In this document: in pieces, positions 1-8,550 of the stretch
Layout: every line of letters begins with the position of its first letter
Numbering within the stretch: position 1 is the stretch's first letter
DNA from: Clostridia bacterium
Lineage (GTDB): Bacteria > Bacillota > Clostridia > Christensenellales > QALW01
DNA length: 30,949 nt
Assembly (NCBI GenBank): GCA_045653985.1
Contig: JAZOMK010000134.1
Span: 1 to 30,949, forward strand
Direction of reading: 5' to 3'
Made by a program: the position numbers and the translations under genes
Notes under the pieces: model-generated
The model's database searches: none
Told to the model about the DNA's origin: nothing
Seen by the model: only the letters and a program-made list of their open reading frames with translations

Positions 1-181
1 AAAAAACGTTTTAAGATGTTTTTTGCAACGTAAAGCCGATTTCTATCGGCTTTGTCGAGAAATTTAATCAATTTCTCGACATTTGATAATCATTATAATG
101 ATGAAATATACAAACAAGAGATAAATGAAAGTTTTAAAAAAATTGAGTTCGCTTTTTGTATGTTTTTGTTTGCTTTTCGCA

Positions 182-210
182 TTTACATGGTAAAGATTTT
201 TCGGTATAAT
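182..210 (+). promoter_or_regulatory. SigA/sigma70-type promoter for the DUF5696 operon
   Basis: TTTACA (182-187), 17-bp spacer, TATAAT (205-210); RBS GAGGTG at 217-222 before ATG 229. Confidence 0.75.
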
Positions 211-228
211 CTCACTGAGGTGAAAAAT

Positions 229-1935
229 ATGATTCAGGGAAAAATCAATGGGATATGTTACGAAATTCCTTATATTGAAGAAAAAAGGGAACAATATACC
301 TTTATTACCGTAAAAAAAGAGGATTATAAAGCATATGAAGAGGTAAGGCTTCTCAATGATATAAGCACCGTAGAGGCTTGTGATGGCTATTTTGTTACAC
401 CACAACGTTTAAGTGGAATACTTGTTTATCTTAATAAGGATGATGAAGATTATACGCAAACTTGTTTACCGTGCGTTAGCTTTTATGGCGTAAAAACACC
501 TGATAAATGTTTTGTTGCGATAATGGAAGGTATGCGTTATGAAACGCATTTTGAATTTAAAAAAGAAGGAAATCAATTTTCCTCTTGTTTCTTGTTGCGC
601 CTTAAAGATGACCACGTAGACGCATATGAGGATATAACGCTTATGGTTTATGAGCTTGACAACACTGCAGATTATAATACGATGGCTAAAATTTATCGTG
701 ATTATAAATATGCTAACGGATTAAAGTCTATTGAAGAAAAAAATCTTCCTATGGTAAATTATGCTTCGGTTGCGCCTGAAATTCGCGTCAGAATGGGGTG
801 GAAACCCGTGCCTGCTGAAATTGAATTTCAAACGGAAGAAAATGAGCCCGAAATGCACGTGGCAGTAACCTTTGAAAGACTTATAGAGCTTATGGACAAC
901 CTTAAAAAAGAAGGCGTGGAAAAGGCACAGTTCTGTCTTGTTGGTTGGAATAAATCAGGACACGATGGCAGATGGCCGCAGTATTTCCCTGTGGAAGAAA
1001 AATTAGGCGGAGAAGAAGGCTTAAAAAAGGCAATCAATCATGCCAAAAAACTGGGATATCATATTGTTTGCCATACAAATTCATCTGATGCTTACAGTAT
1101 TGCGGATAATTTTGATGAAAATATGATGATTCGCAATTTTGACCAGACAGTAGGAATGGGCACAACGTGGTCAGGTGGAAAAATGCATTTTGTTTGTGCC
1201 AAAGAAGCAATAAAATATACAAAAGAGATTTTGCCCAAAGTCAGGGAATTAGGATTTGAAGGCGTACATTATATTGACGTTTTATCAATTATTCGTCCAT
1301 ATTATTGCTATCATAAGGACCATCCTGCTAATCGCAAAGAAACAAGTCTTTTATGGAAAGAAATGTTGAAATACTCTCGTGATTTGTTTGGCGGTTGTGC
1401 TTCTGAGGGCAGTTATGATATGATTGCCGATGAACTTGATTCTGTTCTTTATTGTGGTTTCGGTAAATTTTTAACACCTCCGCTTCCCAATATTACTCAT
1501 AAAATAATTCCGTTGTGGGAACTTGTGTATCATGGCGCAGTTATGGCGTGCCCTGCATCGGAACTTGTAAATGTAGGTATTATTGACAGAAAACTTCAAC
1601 TTAAATTTGTTGAGTTTGGCGGTAGACCTGCTATGTACGTATATTCACGTTTCGTTACCGAATCAAAGGACCGTGGAAATTGGATGGGTGATGATGATTT
1701 GAGGCTTGAAACGGATGAGGATATGGCGCGCACAGTGAACGTGTTAAAGAAAACAGTTGAGTTTTATGAGCCATTGAAGGAATTGCAAAAGGAAAAAATC
1801 CTTGAACATAAATATCTTACTGATGATATTGTCCGTGTAACTTATGAAAAGGGAAAGAAAATTTATATAAATTATGGCGAAACCGCAGAGGTCGAAGGCG
1901 TAAAAATAAATTCAATGGACTATGTTATGGTATAG
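229..1935 (+). CDS. DUF5696-like putative TIM-barrel glycoside hydrolase, 568 aa (start moved from 52 to ATG 229)
   Basis: Motifs 'LVGWNKSGHDGRWPQYFPVEEKLGGEEGLKKAINHAKKLGY..VCHTN..DAY', 'GVHYIDV', 'IPLWELVYHG' recalled as DUF5696/GH101-like; promoter and RBS sit inside the longer ORF-track call; no signal peptide. Confidence 0.65.
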   Translation: MIQGKINGICYEIPYIEEKREQYTFITVKKEDYKAYEEVRLLNDISTVEACDGYFVTPQRLSGILVYLNKDDEDYTQTCLPCVSFYGVKTPDKCFVAIMEGMRYETHFEFKKEGNQFSSCFLLRLKDDHVDAYEDITLMVYELDNTADYNTMAKIYRDYKYANGLKSIEEKNLPMVNYASVAPEIRVRMGWKPVPAEIEFQTEENEPEMHVAVTFERLIELMDNLKKEGVEKAQFCLVGWNKSGHDGRWPQYFPVEEKLGGEEGLKKAINHAKKLGYHIVCHTNSSDAYSIADNFDENMMIRNFDQTVGMGTTWSGGKMHFVCAKEAIKYTKEILPKVRELGFEGVHYIDVLSIIRPYYCYHKDHPANRKETSLLWKEMLKYSRDLFGGCASEGSYDMIADELDSVLYCGFGKFLTPPLPNITHKIIPLWELVYHGAVMACPASELVNVGIIDRKLQLKFVEFGGRPAMYVYSRFVTESKDRGNWMGDDDLRLETDEDMARTVNVLKKTVEFYEPLKELQKEKILEHKYLTDDIVRVTYEKGKKIYINYGETAEVEGVKINSMDYVMV

Positions 1936-1957
1936 CCGAATGCACAGGAGAGAAAAA

Positions 1958-2533
1958 ATGTTATTGTATATTGTTCGGCATGCAGACCCCGTTTATGAAA
2001 CGGACTCGTTAACGGAAAAAGGTAAAGTACAAGCGGAAGCCGTAGCTAAAAGGCTGAATAAATCAGGTATTGATAGGGTGTTTAGTTCACCTTATGGACG
2101 TGCTAAAGAAACGGCTGATTATACCTGCAATTTGTTGGAAATAGATAAAAATATTGAAGAATGGACACGTGAAGTACATATTTCTCAAATGGATGCAGAA
2201 TCAAAGCGTGTTAAGGAATATGGTGAAGAGTTTTTAATGCGACTTGGGTATCAAAAAGAAAATGAAGGCTATCGTATTTTGTACGAAAACAATGAACGTG
2301 TTGCTTTGTTTTGTCATGGCGCTTTTATAATTGTTTGGTTAGCTGAATTATTAAGTATGCCTCTTGATATAATGCTCCAATCTTTTACGGTTACACACAC
2401 CGGTGTAACCGTAATTGAATTTCCAAATGACGATAGCGGAATAACAGTTCCTAAATGCTTATGTTTTTCTGACATTTCTCATTTGTATGCAGAAAATTTG
2501 GAATTGTTGCATGATAACAGAATTGAAATATAA
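1958..2533 (+). CDS. Histidine phosphatase family protein, 191 aa (start moved to ATG 1958)
   Basis: 'YIVRHADP', 'LTEKGKVQA', 'SSPYGRAKETA', 'ALFCHGA' signature motifs; RBS AGGAG at 1946-1950. Confidence 0.85.
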   Translation: MLLYIVRHADPVYETDSLTEKGKVQAEAVAKRLNKSGIDRVFSSPYGRAKETADYTCNLLEIDKNIEEWTREVHISQMDAESKRVKEYGEEFLMRLGYQKENEGYRILYENNERVALFCHGAFIIVWLAELLSMPLDIMLQSFTVTHTGVTVIEFPNDDSGITVPKCLCFSDISHLYAENLELLHDNRIEI

Positions 2534-2584
2534 ATTTTGATGTGAACAAGAGCATATAAATAGGATAAGGCGGGTTAAAATATC

Positions 2585-3589
2585 TTGAAATTAAATAACA
2601 TTTTTACATCGCATATGGTTTTTGCAAGCGGTAAGCCTATTCGTATATACGGTACAGGCTGCGGTAGAGCGCAGATAACTTTTGCAGGAATTACTAAAAC
2701 AGTTGTTTCTGAAACCGATAATTGGCTTATTGAATTTGAGCCTATGAAGTATGGCGGTCCTTATGAACTTATATTTGAGGATGGTAATGATGCTCTGACA
2801 CTAAAGAGTATTTATGTTGGAGAGGTTTATCTTTGTGCAGGACAATCAAATATGGAGTTCAAGATGAGCTGGTCATCGTTTGACCCTGCTTTGTATGAAT
2901 CAAACAATAAATTAAGGCTGTTTGCTACTGATAGAATTGAGAAAACTGACTATTATACACCTAAGGACGGATGGGTTATATGCGATAAGGAAAAAGTAGG
3001 AAAATGGTCGGCAATTGGTTATTTTACAGGCATGGAAATTGTAAAAGAAAAGGGGATTGCGGTAGGAGTTATAACTTGTTATCAAGGCGCTTCAGTAATC
3101 GAAAGTTGGGTGCCTAAAAATGCTTTTACAGATAACGGAATTGACGTTTCTTTAAATAGAAAGAATTATGACCATTATTTTGAAAAGTATGCAAGATGGA
3201 ATGGGGATGGCGTTCTTTATGAGTATGCGCTTTCGCAAGTCATACCCTTTTCGCTTTCGGCCGTTGTATGGTATCAAGGGGAAAGTGATACTTCAAAAGA
3301 GGAAGCGCCTCTTTACTTAAAGGAGTTATCAATTCTTATAGATATATGGCGTGAAAATTTTAAAAATGAAAAATTACCTTTTGTAATCGTTCAATTAGCA
3401 GATTGCCTAAAGAGAAGCGGTGTACCTTGGAGTACGGTTCAGAAAGCACAGTATGATATACAATTTCTTGTGCCGAATGTTAAATGTGTTATCTCATCAG
3501 ATGTGTGCGAAAATGATAATATTCATCCACCGACGAAGGATAAATTGTCAAAAAGGATAGCTTCTTCGCTTTTAGAATTTATGGATTAA
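2585..3589 (+). CDS. Sialate O-acetylesterase (SASA)-type carbohydrate acetylesterase, 334 aa, TTG start
   Basis: 'GEVYLCAGQSNME', 'YQGASVIESW', 'WYQGESD', 'LPFVIVQLA', 'NIHPPTK' motifs of the SASA/SGNH family. Confidence 0.85.
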   Translation: MKLNNIFTSHMVFASGKPIRIYGTGCGRAQITFAGITKTVVSETDNWLIEFEPMKYGGPYELIFEDGNDALTLKSIYVGEVYLCAGQSNMEFKMSWSSFDPALYESNNKLRLFATDRIEKTDYYTPKDGWVICDKEKVGKWSAIGYFTGMEIVKEKGIAVGVITCYQGASVIESWVPKNAFTDNGIDVSLNRKNYDHYFEKYARWNGDGVLYEYALSQVIPFSLSAVVWYQGESDTSKEEAPLYLKELSILIDIWRENFKNEKLPFVIVQLADCLKRSGVPWSTVQKAQYDIQFLVPNVKCVISSDVCENDNIHPPTKDKLSKRIASSLLEFMD

Positions 3590-3624
3590 AAAATCTCTCA
3601 GTTAAGAAAACTGAGAGATTTTTT
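3588..3624. terminator. Bidirectional intrinsic terminator between convergent genes
   Basis: AAAAAATCTCTCAGTT-aagaa-AACTGAGAGATTTTTT perfect inverted repeat with A/T tracts on both sides. Confidence 0.9.
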
Positions 3625-6600
3625 CTATTTATAAATGTATAATACATAATCTGTTCCGGCAGGTTTTTCAGGGAGATTATATGACGAACTTAAAAATGTG
3701 TTAAAAGTTGCTTCTGCGCTATAAGTATTATTTATCGGGTCAAACCAACGATAATGATATGTTGTGAAGCGACTAAGGTTTTTTAGTGTACCCGTTGCAG
3801 TACCGTTTTCTGAGTTTGGATTTTCAGCAACGGAAGTATCAGAGAAGTTAAAAAAGTAAATAACAATTTTACTATTGTCGGCATTTGACGCAATATTTGC
3901 AAATGCACCTTCTGAACGTGTTAAATAATCAAGTTCGTATGAAGTGCTAACTTCTGAACCGAATCTTGGCATAAGGTTCCACCAATCACCAACAGTGTCT
4001 TCGAAGAAGGTACGCATATATCCCATTTGAATTGCACTTGGATAGTTAAGGGAATCTTCCCAAGTTGCCGCCTGCTTTTCTTCAGGGGTGATGGTATCAA
4101 CTTTGTCAGTTGTGGTAGAATCTTCATCATATTCACTTAAATAACACCAGGTATCTTGCCCACCCCATGCGTATCCGAAAACACCGCCTAAATAAGAAAT
4201 CCATCCTTGTGCACGAGCACCAAAGTTTTTAGTCCAAAGATAACAATATCTGCCTTCATAATTTACGACAGGCTTACCTTGACCATATTCCATGGCATTG
4301 TATGCGTAAATGTGATTGTTGCTTTCGTTATGAAGTGAAGGAGACCATTGCATAGCATAGAAATCGTGTTCCTCTAAGGATGCAAAAGAAGAATCTCTTA
4401 CACCGCGAACATTTGAAACACCTTCCATATGTGCCGTGAGGGGACTATTATATGCATCGTATTTTGATATATATTGGGCAACGTAATGATACGGATTATT
4501 AATGTAGCTCCATTCTTTGTGTCCGTTAAAGTTGTCACGTTGCCAGAAGAAGTCATTATCAACTTCCTGTCCCATTGACCACATTACGGGGAAGGCTGAA
4601 TATCTTGCAACCCAATAGCGGCAGATGCGTTCAAGTTCTGCTTTTGCACTGTCGGAAAGGTCATACATAAGATATTCGTAAGTGCCATCGTCATTTTGTG
4701 TTGTTGGGTGCGTTGCTGTGCCTACAACTGTATCAGAGAACCCACCGAAGTTATTGATGAACGTCGTCATACTTGATGGATAGAAGAAGGATGCATTTAC
4801 GTGCGTAAGTCCTGCATCTGCAATAATTTCAAACTTTTGGTCATATTCTCTTAATGCCGATATATCCACAATAGAGATACCATCTTCAAAATTGAATTTT
4901 GCACTTAATGGTTGTGATTGAATAACGGAATAACCGTTTTGAACTCTGTTAGCAGTGATGGTTTCAACCATTTCAACAGTTTCACCGCCAAGCCCCCAAT
5001 GGGTATCTGCTAAGTAGAAGAAAGGAGTGTTATCGTCATACATAAAATATTTAACGTTTTCAACAACTTTAACTCGGCCGTGTTTGTATAAATCAAGTTC
5101 GCCTGAATATTTTGTGCAAGTTACGGTATTTGTTTGGTTGTGCAACCCTGTATTTTCACTGTCGGTACATACTGTTGTATACGACCATTGGCCCTCAGTA
5201 GGACACATAAAGCGAATGCGCCATATATCTCCACCATCCCAGAAACCTGGAACAGTATAGGTGGTTGTTCCGTTTGTGAGGATAAGGTTAACGTCAACAT
5301 CACGATAGGGGTCATCGTATTTTTTGTTTGAAATAAGTGTAATTTCGTTTGTGCGCCAGGTTTCTGCGTCCGATACACTTACAGGCTGTTCTTGATTAAC
5401 AATAGCCTCGGTAATTGAAAAATCAACAATAGCAATTTCAGCAATTTCGGTGACGTTTATTGAATGGAATCCAAACCTCCAATATTGTCCCACACCAATA
5501 TCACTTGAAAGAACTTTAATAGTGGTTCGGTACGTGTGCCAGACGTTATTTTTCGATTCATCGGCAACAGGAAAGTTTAAATAATAGTTCCCGTTATGGT
5601 CTGTTGAAAATGAAGTTTCGGTTTTTGTTCTTATCAGAGGAGTGAAGGGCATATAAACCGAATCGATGTTTCTTGCTGCTATTTTGTATTTGAAACTGAT
5701 TGTATATTCGCCTGCTCTTTTAATAAGTGGCATGATATCAAGCATTGGTGTTTGATAGTTTGCTGCGTTTTCGTTTATTTGTGCAACAAGGAACTGATTT
5801 CCGTCTTCAATTTTAAGGTCAAGCTTAATGTTATCGGATGCATCATCTAAATCAAACCAATCAGTATCGGTTATAAAATTGATACCTTCAAAAGTGCTGT
5901 TTGCCGTGCTGATTGTTTCTGTTTTTGCGGGTGTGCCAAGAACATCGCTGTCTTCTAATTCGAAAACAGAATCATTGGTATTTGTGGCTTTTGCATATTC
6001 TTTTGCGGATTTTCCGTAATTGTAAAGAGCTTTTGAAAGCTCGCCAACAGAGGCATCATTATGTTTTGCTCCAACGTATGCGCAAACATTGTATGAAACG
6101 GTACTGATTGTGTTGCCATCTTTTACAAGCTTTAACGTAAAGACTTTGTCAAACTCTGTCGCTTTTAAATCGTGGGTGTAGTATGTATATGAACCGTCGG
6201 TATTTTTTGTAAGCTCTGAACGATTGATTTTTGTGCCGTTAACGTAAACTTCTACGTTTTCATCATTAAGAAGAAGTTTGAAAAATACGTTGTTTGCATT
6301 TGAAACGTGCACGCCCAATGATTTTACTTTGTTTTCGCTATCGGTGTTGCCGATAACTTCTTTTACACCAACAGGCACGATAAAATCACTTTTATATTCA
6401 GTTATCCAATTATAACTATTCGCAAGAGAATCGGTACGATAGTCTTTATATAACTGTGATTGCGCACCGTATTCAAGCATATCTGCAAGAAGAGCTTTGA
6501 ATTTTTTGTGCTGTGATGAAGTGTAACCAAGTTCCGTTGCCGTTTTGTTTATTTGACGTTGACAATAAAGGGCAACGCTGTAATTTTCGTGTTTTGCAAG

Positions 6601-6936
6601 CAACGTGCCGTCAGAAGCAAAAAGTTCTGCGTTTATGGTGTCTGTCATACACTGTGGATTGATACCTAAGTATGAGTATTTATACATTTTTTGCGTTGAA
6701 TCATAACTTCCATTAACTTCTGTTACTTTGCCGGAAGATGATGTGAAACGCATATAAGCGTTACTTAAATCTGTATCTGAAGTTGCAAAATAATCAAGCG
6801 TAAGCGTTGAACCAAGATTAAGAACTGCACCGTTTATTTTTGAAGCAGGTTCTTCATCTTCTGCAAAAATTGTGCCTAAATTTACGCAAGAAAGCAATAA
6901 TATAAATGATAATAAAATACTTATAAGTTTCTTCAT
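3625..6936 (-). CDS. Secreted multidomain protein, 1103 aa: signal peptide + unrecognised duplicated domain + CBM-like domain + DUF5060 + DUF4038 (GH140/apiosidase-like) + C-terminal beta domain
   Basis: MKKLISILLSFILLLSCVNLGTIFA signal peptide (RBS AAGGA 8 nt before ATG 6936); 'VPGFWDGGDIWRIRFM.P.EG.W.Y.T' (DUF5060-like); 'TPFFYLADTHW', 'YWVARYSAFPVMWSMGQEVDND', 'VVNYEGRY', 'YAWGGQDTW' (DUF4038-like); clearly homologous to 20103-21887 and 21897-23609. Confidence 0.75.
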   Translation of the reverse strand: MKKLISILLSFILLLSCVNLGTIFAEDEEPASKINGAVLNLGSTLTLDYFATSDTDLSNAYMRFTSSSGKVTEVNGSYDSTQKMYKYSYLGINPQCMTDTINAELFASDGTLLAKHENYSVALYCQRQINKTATELGYTSSQHKKFKALLADMLEYGAQSQLYKDYRTDSLANSYNWITEYKSDFIVPVGVKEVIGNTDSENKVKSLGVHVSNANNVFFKLLLNDENVEVYVNGTKINRSELTKNTDGSYTYYTHDLKATEFDKVFTLKLVKDGNTISTVSYNVCAYVGAKHNDASVGELSKALYNYGKSAKEYAKATNTNDSVFELEDSDVLGTPAKTETISTANSTFEGINFITDTDWFDLDDASDNIKLDLKIEDGNQFLVAQINENAANYQTPMLDIMPLIKRAGEYTISFKYKIAARNIDSVYMPFTPLIRTKTETSFSTDHNGNYYLNFPVADESKNNVWHTYRTTIKVLSSDIGVGQYWRFGFHSINVTEIAEIAIVDFSITEAIVNQEQPVSVSDAETWRTNEITLISNKKYDDPYRDVDVNLILTNGTTTYTVPGFWDGGDIWRIRFMCPTEGQWSYTTVCTDSENTGLHNQTNTVTCTKYSGELDLYKHGRVKVVENVKYFMYDDNTPFFYLADTHWGLGGETVEMVETITANRVQNGYSVIQSQPLSAKFNFEDGISIVDISALREYDQKFEIIADAGLTHVNASFFYPSSMTTFINNFGGFSDTVVGTATHPTTQNDDGTYEYLMYDLSDSAKAELERICRYWVARYSAFPVMWSMGQEVDNDFFWQRDNFNGHKEWSYINNPYHYVAQYISKYDAYNSPLTAHMEGVSNVRGVRDSSFASLEEHDFYAMQWSPSLHNESNNHIYAYNAMEYGQGKPVVNYEGRYCYLWTKNFGARAQGWISYLGGVFGYAWGGQDTWCYLSEYDEDSTTTDKVDTITPEEKQAATWEDSLNYPSAIQMGYMRTFFEDTVGDWWNLMPRFGSEVSTSYELDYLTRSEGAFANIASNADNSKIVIYFFNFSDTSVAENPNSENGTATGTLKNLSRFTTYHYRWFDPINNTYSAEATFNTFLSSSYNLPEKPAGTDYVLYIYK

Positions 6937-6961
6937 ATAGGGCATCCTTTCGGTAAACGTT

Positions 6962-7756
6962 TTAAATTAAAAATTCATCGCCATCGTGAGCGACTGAAAC
7001 TGGATAAGGCAGACTTAAACATATTTGGATTAAGCGTTTTTCACCGTTATCAACATTCCAGCTTTCATTTATTTTTACGTGCCACTTATCAGCTACGTGA
7101 ATAAAAATAAGTTTATTAAACTTTGCTTTTTCTAAAATAGGTAATGCGGTGTCAGGACTATAGTGTGTTGCTTCACAAAGGCAAAGGTCAAAATGTTCGT
7201 CATTGGCAATTTTGGGAAAATCGGAAAAATCACTCCACAAATCACCGGTATGTAAAATCCTTTTATCTTCTTTCTTAAAATATAAAACGTATGCAAAACT
7301 GCAAGGGTCGCCTTCACATCTGCCTTTTGTTCTTAAATGTGCTGTGCGAATAGCGGTAACCGTTAAATTTTCATCATCATAAATAATTCCGTCGTCTACG
7401 GATAAAAATTCAACGATATCAGTGCTTTCGTGAAGTGCACTTATCCAGTTTTTTAATGGCTCAATGGCTGTTGCCTCAGGCAAAAACAAGGTAAAAGGAA
7501 TTTGTCTTAACAAATGATATTTACCTACTTGCTTAATAAGCCCCGAAAGACCACCTGCATGGTCATCGTGCATATGAGAAATAAAAACGGCTCTTACGTC
7601 TTTTGCGTTCAAGCCTTTTCTTCTTAAAAGAGCTTCGCAGGGGGCGCCTGCATCAACTAAATAAATAACTCCGTTATCCGTTTCATAGGCGGTAGAAGAA
7701 TTAAAACGGGAAAACGTTGAATCTCCGTGGCTTGTGCCTAATGTATAAACTCTCAT
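6962..7756 (-). CDS. MBL-fold metallo-hydrolase, RNase Z-like subgroup, 264 aa
   Basis: 'LGTSHG', 'YLVDAG', 'ISHMHDDHAGGL' (HxHxDH), 'HTGD', 'CEATHY', 'FIH' metal ligands. Confidence 0.85.
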   Translation of the reverse strand: MRVYTLGTSHGDSTFSRFNSSTAYETDNGVIYLVDAGAPCEALLRRKGLNAKDVRAVFISHMHDDHAGGLSGLIKQVGKYHLLRQIPFTLFLPEATAIEPLKNWISALHESTDIVEFLSVDDGIIYDDENLTVTAIRTAHLRTKGRCEGDPCSFAYVLYFKKEDKRILHTGDLWSDFSDFPKIANDEHFDLCLCEATHYSPDTALPILEKAKFNKLIFIHVADKWHVKINESWNVDNGEKRLIQICLSLPYPVSVAHDGDEFLI

Positions 7757-7767
7757 AAAAAATCCTT

Positions 7768-8541
7768 TTAATATAAAATATAATCAAAATCCTTTGAAGG
7801 AAATTTAACGTCAACTTTCGTTGTGGGCTGAGCTTCTTTTATACTGTATAAACAATCAGCATCGTTCATATGTACGGGAAACAGAATGGGGATGTTGGCT
7901 TCTTCACAAAGCTTTATTGCTTCATAAACACTTGAATGTCCGCAAGAACGTGTTTCGGGGGCATCGGTTGGATGTGAAGCACCTAACGTGCAATCGTGAA
8001 TTATTGCATTTGCGTTTTTGAATAAATCTTTCATATCTGCTTTGTAGGCGGTATCACCGGTTATTGCAAGAACCTTTTTACTTATTTTATCTTCAAAACG
8101 GTAGCATCTTGCGGAAACGGGATGATATGAAATACCTGCAGAAATCAAAACATCGTCATTTTCAAAAAATTCGCCTTCGTTAAGTACGATTTCTTTCGGC
8201 ATTTTTTGTCCGAGAAAAAATTTATCAAGCTGAAGAAAGTTGTACGTTCTTTTTAAAACTTCAGGCATTGTTTCAGGACCTATAAACGTTAAATCGCCAA
8301 TGTTTTTTTGTTTGGATTGCATCATAAAAAACAACAATCCCGCAAGACCAATGTAATGGTCGTGGTGCATATGGGTGAAAATAATGTACTCAATTTTTGA
8401 TATATCGGTATCTCTGTTTCTTAACTGTGTCAACACGTTGTAACCGCAATCAACAAGATATTTGCCGTTAATTAAAAAACAGGGACAATCATTGTTTTTG
8501 TCAGGAATGCTTGAGGCACTTCCTAAAAAGCGAATATTCAT
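7768..8541 (-). CDS. MBL-fold metallo-hydrolase, RNase Z/AtsA-like subgroup, 257 aa
   Basis: 'FLGSASSIP', 'LVDCG', 'FTHMHHDHYIGL', 'ITGDT', 'IHDCT', 'GHSS', 'PVH' motifs. Confidence 0.85.
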   Translation of the reverse strand: MNIRFLGSASSIPDKNNDCPCFLINGKYLVDCGYNVLTQLRNRDTDISKIEYIIFTHMHHDHYIGLAGLLFFMMQSKQKNIGDLTFIGPETMPEVLKRTYNFLQLDKFFLGQKMPKEIVLNEGEFFENDDVLISAGISYHPVSARCYRFEDKISKKVLAITGDTAYKADMKDLFKNANAIIHDCTLGASHPTDAPETRSCGHSSVYEAIKLCEEANIPILFPVHMNDADCLYSIKEAQPTTKVDVKFPSKDFDYILY

Positions 8542-8550
8542 AAAAGCCTC

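Noticed and set aside
52-228. N-terminal extension of the first ORF in the ORF track
   Set aside because: The promoter (182-210) and RBS (217-222) lie inside it; ATG 229 is the better start.
6962-8541. Calling either MBL protein rnz (RNase Z)
   Set aside because: Both are short (257 and 264 aa), with no obvious tRNA-binding exosite insertion, and sit in a catabolic operon. Only the fold subgroup is supported.
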